Shown: piece by piece, positions 52,612 to 61,911 of the stretch
Layout: each line of letters starts with the position of its first letter
Numbering within the stretch: the first letter of the stretch is position 1
Origin: Candidatus Nealsonbacteria bacterium
GTDB taxonomy: Bacteria; Patescibacteriota; Minisyncoccia; Minisyncoccales; PWPS01
Direction: 5' to 3'
Assembly: GCA_003553505.1 (NCBI GenBank)
Contig: PWEN01000027.1
Coordinates: forward strand, 3,705-67,704
DNA: 64,000 nucleotides
The notes under the pieces: generated by a model
Database searches by the model: none
Told to the model about the DNA's origin: nothing
The model's input: only the letters and a program-made list of their open reading frames with translations
Translations under genes and position numbers: made by a program

Positions 52612-53475
52612 CTACTTCATCATCAGGTCTACCTCCTCTTCTATCTCCACGCCAAACCTCTTTTTCACCTCTTTCTTGGCAAGATCTATAAGATGCTCCA
52701 CGTCCTCTCTTGTCGCCCCACCGGTATTTATAATAAAGTTGGCGTGCTTCTCTGATATCTGCGCTCCCCCCTTCTTTTTTCCTTTTAGCCCACACTGCTC
52801 TATTAGATAAGCGGAAGAGACATCTCCAGTATTCTTAAAAACACTGCCGGCAGATGGTTCAGAAGGATGATTCTCTCTCCTTAACGCGAGAAGTTCTGCC
52901 ATGCGATCCGCACCTCCCTCCCCTTTGGGAACTCTCATCTCCGATGAGATTATTACAAGATTTCCCTTTCGCTTAAATACGCTGTCGCGGTATGCAAAAC
53001 GGCACTCCTCGTTTGTAAGCTGCAGCTCTTCAATATTCTCGGTATCTATGGCAATAACATTTGTTACAAGCTCCGCCATGGATCTCTCAAAAGCTCCCGC
53101 GTTACCGTATATCGCTCCTCCCACAGTGCCCGGCACACCGGCGCCCCACTCTATACTTACCGCCCCCTTGTTTGTAAGCTCACGTGAAAGCCATACAAGT
53201 GATACACCGGCATCGGCAAAAACGGTAAACCCGCTTCTATCTTCCTCTATAGAGCACTCTTTCATATCCATCTTTATCACCACCCCTCCATACCTTTTTG
53301 CGGGAACAGTGTTGCTTCCCGCACCGAGAATAAAAAAAGGCAGACCTTTCTCTTTGGAAAAAGATACCGCCCTTATAAGCTCTTCTTCGTTTTTCGCCCT
53401 AAGAAAGTAGTCCGCCTTTCCGGGAATACGCATGGTGGTGTACTTATCGAGAAGAACGTTTTTTTGTAGTTCCAT
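52612..53475 (-). CDS. murB: UDP-N-acetylenolpyruvoylglucosamine reductase
   Basis: YTTMRIPGKADYF, ILGAGSN, GAGVPGTVGGAIYGNAGA, and SAGSVFKN in the C-terminal domain. Confidence 0.85.
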   Translation of the reverse strand: MELQKNVLLDKYTTMRIPGKADYFLRAKNEEELIRAVSFSKEKGLPFFILGAGSNTVPAKRYGGVVIKMDMKECSIEEDRSGFTVFADAGVSLVWLSRELTNKGAVSIEWGAGVPGTVGGAIYGNAGAFERSMAELVTNVIAIDTENIEELQLTNEECRFAYRDSVFKRKGNLVIISSEMRVPKGEGGADRMAELLALRRENHPSEPSAGSVFKNTGDVSSAYLIEQCGLKGKKKGGAQISEKHANFIINTGGATREDVEHLIDLAKKEVKKRFGVEIEEEVDLMMK

Positions 53476-53494
53476 GATCTTTATGCAATAAAAA

Positions 53495-53543
53495 GGACAG
53501 GAAGCGTTAACTCCGAGTCTAGTGAGTGCATGCCTTCCTGCCC
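53495..53543 (-). other. 10-bp stem / 29-nt loop hairpin followed by a U-run in the murB 5' leader
   Basis: On the minus RNA, GGGCAGGAAG pairs with CUUCCUGUCC (one G-U pair), then UUUUUAUU, 14 nt before the murB ATG. The loop contains AUGCACUCACUA. Confidence 0.5.
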
Positions 53544-53549
53544 AGTGTT

Positions 53550-53577
53550 ATTCTAGCAAAGGGGATTTCCTTGTCAA
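53550..53577 (-). promoter_or_regulatory. Near-consensus sigma70 promoter TTGACA-16-TAGAAT facing murB
   Basis: -35 at 53577..53572 and -10 at 53555..53550 on the minus strand. Confidence 0.6.
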
Positions 53578-53581
53578 GTAT

Positions 53582-53646
53582 AAAAAAAAGAAAGGCAAAA
53601 TCCTTTCTTGGCAAAAGCAAAAAACCTCGCTCGAGTGAGGTTTTTT
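53582..53646 (-). terminator. Two tandem rho-independent terminators after the 479-aa membrane protein gene
   Basis: Hairpin 1 is cctcgc-tcga-gtgagg (53625..53640), flanked by A6 and T6. Hairpin 2 is aagaaagg-caaaat-cctttctt (53588..53609) with a minus-strand U8 run. Confidence 0.6.
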
Positions 53647-53715
53647 GCCGACTCGAAGCAACCCCTTTCGGATATGCACTCACTATCAGAATGATAGCAG
53701 AGAGGCTTATTAATG

Positions 53716-55155
53716 TCAATAGCGATCTTTCCCCGCTTTTCGTGAGAGTAGGTATGACAGATATCCCGCTCCCATAAGCAGAAAACCGGCCACGATAAGT
53801 GTTATCGGCCACCCTACAGTATCGGCAAAGTGACGCACAGAAACGTTAACAATAACCCCCGCAAGGAGAACTCCTCCACAAATAACAAGTATCTTCCTTT
53901 GCAGATAAACTCCCAGAGAGATGATAATAAGCACGAGAAGCGCGGAAAAGAGATCCCACAGTCCGCCGTACATTTCACCAAACCAAAAGAAAGGAACAAC
54001 AAGGGAAAAGGATCCCAAAAAGTACAACACACCGGATAACTTCCTCTGAGAGAATAATTTGCCAAGAAATATATAAGATATTCCCAAAACAGAAGTGAGG
54101 GCGAAAAAGAAAGTCTCCGGATTTTCTCTTGCCGCAAACCGATCCAAGAAAAACTCTGTCGAGAATATTAGATAAGGTATCCAGGTAAGAGCTCCTACGG
54201 CAACAAGCAGAGAAGCAGAGCGTACATCTCTCTTTGCTATAAAGAACAGCAAAGCGGCGGCAATAAAGAGAATGCCGGTAACAAGGAACGCTCCCATAAG
54301 AGAGAAAACCACTCCCGCCACGAGAGCAACTCCTCCGGCAAAAGAAAATACAACGCGTTGCAAAAAGTTCCCCGCCATTCCGACTACAAACACAAGCAGC
54401 GCACATATAACGTAGTAAAGATTTGAAGAGTATATCTCACCCAAAAAGATAAAAGGCACAGTGAGCATCACACTTCCCAACAAGTAAAGCAGTGTAGAAA
54501 GTTTTGGCCTCGGAAAGTAGTAAGCAAAAAGAGCATAAAGGATACCAATAAGAGAAGTGAGATAGGCATAAAAAGATCGCGGCTCATCTACTGTGCGGTG
54601 CAGTCCTTCTTGTATAACATTAAGAGAGATAAAAGAGTAAAAGACATAAGTAAGTGAAGCAATAACAAAGAAAAGATAAAAGGAAGAACGACGTATAAAG
54701 AAAAGTCCCGCAAACATGAACGTTAGAAGAAGGGAGACGGAAAGAAAGACGCCCGGAGTGATGTCTAAGTCGGCAACCTCTCTTACAAAGACAAATCCTC
54801 CCACTCCCACAAGAGAAGCGGCAATAACAGAGAGAGCATCCCTCAGCACATGCATCCCTTGTGAACGTATCTCAAGAAAGAGAGTAAGCAAGAACACTGC
54901 AATTCCCAATCCAAACGTAAACATCACTCTTAGTGTAGATCCGATATCTCCCCAGTACTGCAAAAGAAGAAGGAGCACTCCCGTAATAACGATAAGTGCT
55001 CCGATACCGTAAGAGACGCCAGCGATCGCTTTGCGTCCCGCAAACGGCTTGCTCTCGCCACTCTCCTTTTTTATGACAGAAAGAAGCTCTTCTTTGCTGA
55101 ACTCTTCTTTTCTCTCCCTTATCTCATTTAATATCTCTTCCTTTGTTCTTTGCAT
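53716..55155 (-). CDS. Polytopic membrane protein with internal duplication
   Basis: 479 aa. Cytoplasmic N-terminus, then about 12 TM. Two blocks align with each other: FYAYLTSLIGILYALF...LLYLLGSVMLTVPFIFLGEIY versus FFFALTSVLGISYIFL...VLYFLGSFSLVVPFFWFGEMY. Confidence 0.6.
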   Translation of the reverse strand: MQRTKEEILNEIRERKEEFSKEELLSVIKKESGESKPFAGRKAIAGVSYGIGALIVITGVLLLLLQYWGDIGSTLRVMFTFGLGIAVFLLTLFLEIRSQGMHVLRDALSVIAASLVGVGGFVFVREVADLDITPGVFLSVSLLLTFMFAGLFFIRRSSFYLFFVIASLTYVFYSFISLNVIQEGLHRTVDEPRSFYAYLTSLIGILYALFAYYFPRPKLSTLLYLLGSVMLTVPFIFLGEIYSSNLYYVICALLVFVVGMAGNFLQRVVFSFAGGVALVAGVVFSLMGAFLVTGILFIAAALLFFIAKRDVRSASLLVAVGALTWIPYLIFSTEFFLDRFAARENPETFFFALTSVLGISYIFLGKLFSQRKLSGVLYFLGSFSLVVPFFWFGEMYGGLWDLFSALLVLIIISLGVYLQRKILVICGGVLLAGVIVNVSVRHFADTVGWPITLIVAGFLLMGAGYLSYLLSRKAGKDRY

Positions 55156-55156
55156 A

Positions 55157-55594
55157 TTACTTTACCCACCCGATAAGGGTGAATCTATGAGAACTACGAT
55201 CCAAGTCTAGCTTGTATCCTTTACTGTTCTTTTGAGCATAAAAACCACTGTATCCCCTTCCGCCAAAGAGGCTCTGCAGTCCACTTCTACGACGATACTC
55301 CACTTCAAATCCTTCCGGAGAATCTTCCATTAATGTAAGCTGCTGTGCCTCTCTTAGTGATATCTCTTCTTCTCTGTCATCTTCCATATGGTAGCGCCAC
55401 AAAGCGACATCGTCATCATCTTCCGTTTGCAGTATGCCCCGCTCATCAATGTAATAAGGGTTTGTTCTGTTTTCTATAAAGATAAAGTCGTTCTCCGGAG
55501 GTTCAGGTCCCGACAAAAGAACAAACAGAAGTGTTCCTATTATGAATATCAAAGGTGCTCCCAGAGCCGGTATAAGTGGTAAGTATTTTTTCAT
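55157..55594 (-). CDS. Membrane-anchored hypothetical protein
   Basis: 145 aa. N-terminal TM. Overlaps the upstream gene by 4 nt. Confidence 0.5.
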   Translation of the reverse strand: MKKYLPLIPALGAPLIFIIGTLLFVLLSGPEPPENDFIFIENRTNPYYIDERGILQTEDDDDVALWRYHMEDDREEEISLREAQQLTLMEDSPEGFEVEYRRRSGLQSLFGGRGYSGFYAQKNSKGYKLDLDRSSHRFTLIGWVK

Positions 55595-57282
55595 CGTGTT
55601 ATAAGATCATTTATAAACGACCTAGTGGACGGTCCTACGTATCCCGTTCCACTTGTCAGCCCCAAAGGGGCAAGTATCTCGTTTTTGTGGAGTTCTTGAA
55701 ATCGCGCAACCGCATCCCGGGTAAGCGACAAGAAGTTCCCCGTTACAAGTCCTTCAGGGTATATCTCTTCTCCCTGTGCTTTTAGTATCTGCTGTAAACA
55801 GGCCACCTCTCGAGAGTTTGTCATTCCCACACTCAAGTTCTCCGTTATCCTTTCACAGGGAAGCGATTCTGCAACGATACGCGCACGCAGATAGGAAAGC
55901 TCTCTTTTAACTTCCTCTATCTGTCTTAAAAGCTCTCTTACGCGCTCCTCTCTGGTCATCTCTTCTGACTTTCTTTTTATATCCACTTCCCAAGAGAAGT
56001 AGTGCGAAGGGTTAGGTCCATTAAAGCCCTCGTGCCTGCTTTGCAGAGAAGGAATGATGGTGAGCGAAGAATACTCCTCTCCGAACTCAGAAATATTTAT
56101 CTCTCCTTTTCCATCATCAGAGAGGTCTATAAAGTCCAGCTTACAGTTCTTGTTATTGTTCTCTTTGCAGAGCACATAAGGAACTTCAAATCTGTTCTCG
56201 TTATTCCCATCAAAGCGGAAAGAGAGATGTCCTTCTCCTCCCACAATACGGTACCAGTTACCCGCCCAATCCTTGGTATTGTATCCTACGGAGAGCGACC
56301 CTCTCTCGGTAAAAGGAAGTATGTTCGTTTTGGGACGGATCGTAAGATCGGAGAGGTGCTCATTTTTATAACAGTAGTACTCTCCCAGAGAGCAATCATT
56401 CATATAGACCGCTATCGTCCAATCTGTAAAGATATCGGAAAACGACTTGTCGTATCCAAGAGAGTCAAGCGCATAGTCAATACTCGGTATACCCACAAGA
56501 GAGGACTTCAAAGACTTCTCTAACACCTCTACTCCGTAGTGATCGACAAGATACTGTCCAAAAAGTGTCACCGATCCATAATCCGCGTTCCTTCCTTCCC
56601 ACTCTGTGAGAGGGTTATCGGGGTTGGATTTGAAGTTATTCACTCTTCTCTGTAAATTACTGCCCTCATACTCCTCATCATAACCAAGAAAGGTGGGCAT
56701 ATACTCCGCACGTAACTCGTTTAGCCACACCTCTTCTATCACACCGTGTTCACGATTCTTTTGCGCAAAAGTAACAAGATGCATGAACTCATGTCCCAGA
56801 TCAGCGGGAAGAAGAGGTTCTTCTATCTTGTTACTGCTAAGATAGAGAAGATTTCTTTCATTGGAGTTTTGCACTTGGCGTTCACTGTACTGGTCCGCGG
56901 AGTTGAAGTACCCTCCTACTCCACTGGGCATCTCGTGAAAAAGGACGGATATTCGTCTCTCATCGCTTATCCTGTGGTCGGGTTCCGAGCCAAAAACGGA
57001 GGTTATCTGGTCATATATCTCTTTTTCGAACTTATTACCGAGACTATAAATTATACTCTCATACTCGCTCCTTTTGTCGCTTGAAAGATCCTCCCACCAG
57101 GAAGAGTCCACGTAAAAATGTAGTTTGTTGGTCGTTTTTTGCAGATGAGCATCTATTTTTGAGCGTCCGTGTCTGTCATAGCTTTCATCAACAAAAAACT
57201 CTTCTGAGCTATCCGAAAAAGCCCCTGCTGTCAAAGGGAGTGCAAAAACAACCAAAAGCAGTATTTTAATGCTTCTTTTCAT
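55591..57282 (-). CDS. Secreted putative zinc metalloprotease with C-terminal peptidoglycan-binding domain
   Basis: Signal peptide. HEFMHLV (HExxH) with a downstream Glu (WLNELRAEY). A coiled coil, then ACLQQILKAQG...LTRDAVARFQELH (PG_binding_1-like). Confidence 0.6.
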   Translation of the reverse strand: MKRSIKILLLVVFALPLTAGAFSDSSEEFFVDESYDRHGRSKIDAHLQKTTNKLHFYVDSSWWEDLSSDKRSEYESIIYSLGNKFEKEIYDQITSVFGSEPDHRISDERRISVLFHEMPSGVGGYFNSADQYSERQVQNSNERNLLYLSSNKIEEPLLPADLGHEFMHLVTFAQKNREHGVIEEVWLNELRAEYMPTFLGYDEEYEGSNLQRRVNNFKSNPDNPLTEWEGRNADYGSVTLFGQYLVDHYGVEVLEKSLKSSLVGIPSIDYALDSLGYDKSFSDIFTDWTIAVYMNDCSLGEYYCYKNEHLSDLTIRPKTNILPFTERGSLSVGYNTKDWAGNWYRIVGGEGHLSFRFDGNNENRFEVPYVLCKENNNKNCKLDFIDLSDDGKGEINISEFGEEYSSLTIIPSLQSRHEGFNGPNPSHYFSWEVDIKRKSEEMTREERVRELLRQIEEVKRELSYLRARIVAESLPCERITENLSVGMTNSREVACLQQILKAQGEEIYPEGLVTGNFLSLTRDAVARFQELHKNEILAPLGLTSGTGYVGPSTRSFINDLITR

Positions 57283-57320
57283 TGCTACTTATGATAACCG
57301 ATATTTAAAAACCATGCAAA

Positions 57321-58037
57321 CTAACTTCCGAAAAGCGATATGAAGCGGTAATAAGCCATACCGAGATACTCGTGCACCGCCCTGTCAGCATTCCTTATAC
57401 TCTGCGAGTGAGGCATAAAGTCCAGCACACCGTAGCTCATCCTCTTCCTTTTAAAGTCTGCCGCGGAAGGAATGGGTTCTGCGTTGTGTCTTTCAAACTC
57501 TCTTACGGAACGTGTCATATGATAGGCAGAAGTAACAAGGAAGAACGGCTCCTCTCCAACTATCTTGGAGACGTTCTCCACGTTCTCTTTTGTGTTACGT
57601 GACTCTCCTTCTATCGTAATTATCTCTTCCGGAATCCCACGATTCATAAAAAAGTTTTTCACGGCAAGCGCTTCTGTGCTGCTTTCCAGTATGGGGTCAG
57701 TTCCCGATATGATTATCTCTTTGTTGTGTCCGGAGAGATGTGATATCCGCAAAACCTCGCTTCCACGCAGTACGTTTGCCTCTCTTCCTCCTAAAAGAAG
57801 AACGATCTTGTTTGCCTCATCTATGTCCTCCACTTGCTTGTAGTTCTTTTCTAGAGGATACAGCAAAAGATCGCTTGTCGGTGTAAGGGAAAAAAGAAAA
57901 AGCGCCGCAACAGAAAAGATAAATATCTTTTTGCCACACTGCTTTTTTAGAAGAAAAAGAACCACTCCCAGGATAGCAAGGAGTATAAACAGTGTGCCGG
58001 GAAGCAGGGCGCTAGTTAATAGCTTAAAAAAAGTCAT
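57321..58037 (-). CDS. YdcF/ElyC (DUF218) family protein
   Basis: N-terminal TMs. IEGESRNTKENVENV...LVTSAYHMTRS signature. Confidence 0.75.
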   Translation of the reverse strand: MTFFKLLTSALLPGTLFILLAILGVVLFLLKKQCGKKIFIFSVAALFLFSLTPTSDLLLYPLEKNYKQVEDIDEANKIVLLLGGREANVLRGSEVLRISHLSGHNKEIIISGTDPILESSTEALAVKNFFMNRGIPEEIITIEGESRNTKENVENVSKIVGEEPFFLVTSAYHMTRSVREFERHNAEPIPSAADFKRKRMSYGVLDFMPHSQSIRNADRAVHEYLGMAYYRFISLFGS

Positions 58038-58070
58038 ACAGTAACTATATTACCACCTTTCATTTTTTTG

Positions 58071-59387
58071 TTAAAGAACAGTCTTTAGAAATATGACAAC
58101 ATCCATAAGAAGGGTTCTGTTTTTTATATAATAAAGGTCATACTTGAACTTCTCTTTTGCCTCTTCCGTAGAGGTAGACGGCTTATAACATATCTGCGCC
58201 CACCCTGTTATGCCGGGACACACCATGTGCCGTAAATTGTAAAAAGGTATCTCTTCTTCAAACATGGAAGCCGTCCTCGCCCACTCCGGGCGCGGCCCCA
58301 CAATGGTGATATCTCCTTTGAGAAGATTGTAGAACTGCGGGAACTCATCAATGTGCAGTTTTCTTAAAACTTTTCCTACGGCGGTCACCTGATTCTCTTC
58401 TTTCTCTCTCCAAGGGTTATCACCTTCCTCTCTTTCTCTCATAGTACGAAACTTATAGAGAGTAAATCTCTTGCCTCCCCTTCCCACACGCTCTTGCTTG
58501 AATATTACGTCTCCCTTAGAGTTTATTTTTATCGCCAGATATATAATCGGAAAAAGCACTCCTGTAACAAGAAGACCCACCAAGGAGATCAGTATATCGC
58601 ATATTCTCTTTAAGATCTCTCCCGCTTTGTTCCTTTTACGAGAAACGTTCTCCAGAAACCACAGCTCGTCGACAGAGTACAAGGGAATCTTTCGTGTGAC
58701 CTCTTCATAGAAGTGGGAGAACTCCATATACTTCATTCTCAGAGGAAGAGAAGCAAATATGCTTTTTATAAAACTCTTGTCGTTTCTCACTTCCGGAGTA
58801 AGCACGGCGACGTCCGCTCTTTTGGCGTACTCTTCCAGTTCCCCGAAGGTTCTTATCACTTTATCGGTAATAACCTCTTTTTTGGTAAACACGGCAATAA
58901 TCTCGTATCCCAGATGCCCCATCTCTTTGTCCGCCACTTCTTCCACTTCCGGACAACTCCCCACAATTATCACCTTGTCCTTAAAGTTGTTCCTTCCGTA
59001 AAAAAAGGAGAACAGATAACGCCACAGTGTAAGTAGTACAGCGGCATTTATGCTTGTTATTATAAGCACGGCACGAGGAGTAAGGTCTAGCTCGGGGAGA
59101 AGATAGAAGTATGCCGTTCCGGACAGTATCGATAAAAACAAAAAGACAATGATGTTCTTGAGATATAGCAGCTTGTTCTTGAAAAAAAGAGGATCATAGA
59201 AGTTACAGATAAAAAGAAAAGCTATCCATACCAGAAAAAGGGCTCCAAATGGTGCAAGCAACGGTCCGTAAAGATTCTCTCCCGGAAAGGAAAAGTTGCG
59301 CACTAAAAGCGCCAAGTAGAGAGAGGCGTAGAGAAGCGCCACATCTCCCAGTAAGACAAAAAACGCATATATCTTCTTCTTGCTCAT
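58071..59387 (-). CDS. Polyprenyl glycosylphosphotransferase (WbaP/EpsL-type initiating sugar transferase)
   Basis: KRICDILISLVGLL...KQERVGRGGKRFTLYKFRTM, DEFPQFYNLLKGDITIVGPRP. Confidence 0.85.
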   Translation of the reverse strand: MSKKKIYAFFVLLGDVALLYASLYLALLVRNFSFPGENLYGPLLAPFGALFLVWIAFLFICNFYDPLFFKNKLLYLKNIIVFLFLSILSGTAYFYLLPELDLTPRAVLIITSINAAVLLTLWRYLFSFFYGRNNFKDKVIIVGSCPEVEEVADKEMGHLGYEIIAVFTKKEVITDKVIRTFGELEEYAKRADVAVLTPEVRNDKSFIKSIFASLPLRMKYMEFSHFYEEVTRKIPLYSVDELWFLENVSRKRNKAGEILKRICDILISLVGLLVTGVLFPIIYLAIKINSKGDVIFKQERVGRGGKRFTLYKFRTMREREEGDNPWREKEENQVTAVGKVLRKLHIDEFPQFYNLLKGDITIVGPRPEWARTASMFEEEIPFYNLRHMVCPGITGWAQICYKPSTSTEEAKEKFKYDLYYIKNRTLLMDVVIFLKTVL

Positions 59388-59389
59388 CG

Positions 59390-60445
59390 CTAAAGATTAT
59401 AGCATTTTAACGTTTTATTCACCACCAGTTCATCCTTAAATTCACGTTCTATCTTCTCTCTGGAGCGTTTCCCCATGCTCTCTGTGTCACTGTCCATAAC
59501 CATCCTTATCTTCTCTGATAGATCCTTTGCATCCTGGGGCTTTGCAAGGAAGCCGTTCACTCCGTGATCTACCCCCTCCCTGCATCCGGGAGTATCTGTG
59601 GTAACGAGAGGAAGTCCCATCGCTCCCGCTTCAAGCAACACTTTAGGAACTCCTTCCCTGTCACGTGAAGGAAGCACAAATATGTCTGTCTTGGAAAGAA
59701 CCTCTCTTGAGTCATCCACCTCTCCTATATACTCTACACTCTTTATCTCTCTTTCTTCTATTCCGGAAGGGTTCTCTCTGTCTATCGGTCCTGCAAGAAG
59801 AAACCTTACATCAAACTCTTCTGATGCTTCCATAAACTCATAGACCCCTTTCTGCTTTAAAAGGCGTGCAATCATCGAAACGGTAAACTCTTCTCCTTCT
59901 TTCTTTTGGGGATAGAAGTAGTCCGTATCCACTCCAGAACTCTTTATTACCTCTGTTCTCTCTTTTTCAACTATTCTGTGTCTCAAAAAAAGCTCTCTAT
60001 CATCCGGATTCTGGAATATAACCTTCTTTGCACGTTTTAACGTTCTCCTGTAGAGAAAGACAACTATCTTCTTTAGAAAACGGTTCTCAAAACCGTATCC
60101 TACTCCCGTTATAGTACAGTATATATTCTCCACTCCCGCCAAGCTCTGCCCCATAGTGGCGTATATACAGGGCTTCACAGTAAAGTTGTGACACAAGAAA
60201 GGCTTCTCTTTTTTACAGAAAGAGTAAACTCTGTAAAGATACAAAAGATCCCCTCCCAACAGATCCACTCCCCTTTTTAGAGGAATATTGTAGAAAAAAA
60301 ACCTCTTCTCTAGTGATTTCTTGTGTTTACCCGCAGGCGCGCAAGCATAAACGGCAAAACCCTTCTCCTTCATTTTTTCCATGAGTGCAAAACGGAAATT
60401 GTAAAGGGAGAAGTCTGTATTGGAAAAGTATGCCGCTTTTTTCAT
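59390..60445 (-). CDS. Glycosyltransferase family 4 (GT-B)
   Basis: C-terminal EGVPKVLLEAGAMGLPLVTTDTPGCREGV (E-x7-E region). Confidence 0.8.
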   Translation of the reverse strand: MKKAAYFSNTDFSLYNFRFALMEKMKEKGFAVYACAPAGKHKKSLEKRFFFYNIPLKRGVDLLGGDLLYLYRVYSFCKKEKPFLCHNFTVKPCIYATMGQSLAGVENIYCTITGVGYGFENRFLKKIVVFLYRRTLKRAKKVIFQNPDDRELFLRHRIVEKERTEVIKSSGVDTDYFYPQKKEGEEFTVSMIARLLKQKGVYEFMEASEEFDVRFLLAGPIDRENPSGIEEREIKSVEYIGEVDDSREVLSKTDIFVLPSRDREGVPKVLLEAGAMGLPLVTTDTPGCREGVDHGVNGFLAKPQDAKDLSEKIRMVMDSDTESMGKRSREKIEREFKDELVVNKTLKCYNL

Positions 60446-61911
60446 TTTATCTTACTTTTTAATCTCTCTACGATAAGCGAAAGAGGTAGAGAAGAGACAA
60501 GGATAAGAAGGAAAGCTATCTTCTGCCTGTGACGAAAGGCTGTTCCGCTATTAGAAGTACCCCATGCAAAGACAAAAGAGAAGATAATGACCATAAGCAG
60601 AAGAGCAACAACAAGCGGCCTCTCTTCCCTCCTTATATCCCACAACCCCTTAAAGAACAAAACAAGCAAAAACAGATAAAACAGTCCGTCAAGCGATCCC
60701 ATGACATCTTCACCTGTCTCTACGTCCCAAGGAACGGGTGCGAGGTATAAGTAAGCTGTTCTTACGGGGGTCTGATATAGCACTTGAAAACAGTTGTCCG
60801 GATACATCTCTTCCAGATAGGCGGTTCTGCCTGCTGTGCGCGTATCAACCATTCTTTGAAAAGGTTTACAGAAAGAATCTCTTTCCACGGGCTCTTCTTT
60901 TGTGGGCTCTTCATCGGTAGGCTCCTCGGTGGGTTCTTCGGTGGGTTCTTCGTCAGTGGGCTCCTCGGTGGGTTCTTCGGTGGGTTCTTCGTCAGTGGGC
61001 TTCTCTGCTACTTCCGCTGAAGGATCTTCTTCTGTGTAATGAGAAACAACAACTACAGCATGCTCATACACCATAACGGGAATATTTGGTATCTTGTAGT
61101 GGAAGAATCCGAAAAACACAAAAGAGTAAACTGCCGCCATTCCTATTCCCATAAGGAGTTGTCTTCTAAAGATAAACCAGCGCTGGTTATAAGGATAGTA
61201 GAAAGAGAAGACAAAAAGATATGCAAACCCTATAAGGAAAAATCCTCCGTGCATCATGCTTGGCACAATAAGTGCTGCAAGAGACAAAGCAACCCATCTT
61301 TTCTGTCCTTCTTTAAGCCATAAACAGAAAAGATAAAAAGAAAGCGCAAAGAGGAACACCATCACCGCTTCGCGCATAGTAATTGCAGAGTAAAGGTTTA
61401 GTGCCGGAAATACTGCCGTAATAAGGGCGGCAATATGTGCCACTCTTCTCTTAAAAAGCAACAGTCCTGTCCTGTAAACTATATAGATAAGCGCCACTCC
61501 TAAAAGGACATTCAAGAACTGTGCCGCAAGTGGAACTCTTTCAAAGAAATAGTATATAAAAGCGATTATCTGAGAGTAGTAGTATGCTCCCGAAAGAGAG
61601 GATAGCTCCACTTCCCCTATCGCTATCTCCCAACCCCTTCTCTCAAAACTTGTTGCATCAGAAGTGCTATCGGGAAGATTTCCTATAAACCTTTGAAAAT
61701 AAGCAAGAGCACAACGTAAGAGAAGCCCTAAAAGCAGTATCTTTGATAGTATCTTGTCTTGAAGTTTAAAACACAAAAAGACCACCCAGAGGATGGCAAT
61801 AACAGAAAAGAACACCTCAAACACTAAAGTAGAAAAAAGATAACTTACTACAAAAAGAGATAGTACGCTTGCAAAAGCGCAAAACAAAATACGGGTAATA
61901 TTTTCAGGCAT
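60442..61911 (-). CDS. Polytopic GT-C-like glycosyltransferase / polymerase with an acidic repeat insertion
   Basis: About 11 TM. The first loop is PDSTSDATSFERRGWEI. A low-complexity loop reads PTDEEPTEEPTEEPTDEEPTEEPTEEPTDEEPTKEEP. Confidence 0.5.
   Translation of the reverse strand: MPENITRILFCAFASVLSLFVVSYLFSTLVFEVFFSVIAILWVVFLCFKLQDKILSKILLLGLLLRCALAYFQRFIGNLPDSTSDATSFERRGWEIAIGEVELSSLSGAYYYSQIIAFIYYFFERVPLAAQFLNVLLGVALIYIVYRTGLLLFKRRVAHIAALITAVFPALNLYSAITMREAVMVFLFALSFYLFCLWLKEGQKRWVALSLAALIVPSMMHGGFFLIGFAYLFVFSFYYPYNQRWFIFRRQLLMGIGMAAVYSFVFFGFFHYKIPNIPVMVYEHAVVVVSHYTEEDPSAEVAEKPTDEEPTEEPTEEPTDEEPTEEPTEEPTDEEPTKEEPVERDSFCKPFQRMVDTRTAGRTAYLEEMYPDNCFQVLYQTPVRTAYLYLAPVPWDVETGEDVMGSLDGLFYLFLLVLFFKGLWDIRREERPLVVALLLMVIIFSFVFAWGTSNSGTAFRHRQKIAFLLILVSSLPLSLIVERLKSKIK
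60922..60999 (-). repeat. 39-nt coding tandem repeat x2 (with 12-nt sub-repeat)
   Basis: ctcctcggtgggttcttcggtgggttcttcgtcagtggg occurs at 60922..60960 and again, identical, at 60961..60999. Confidence 0.9.
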
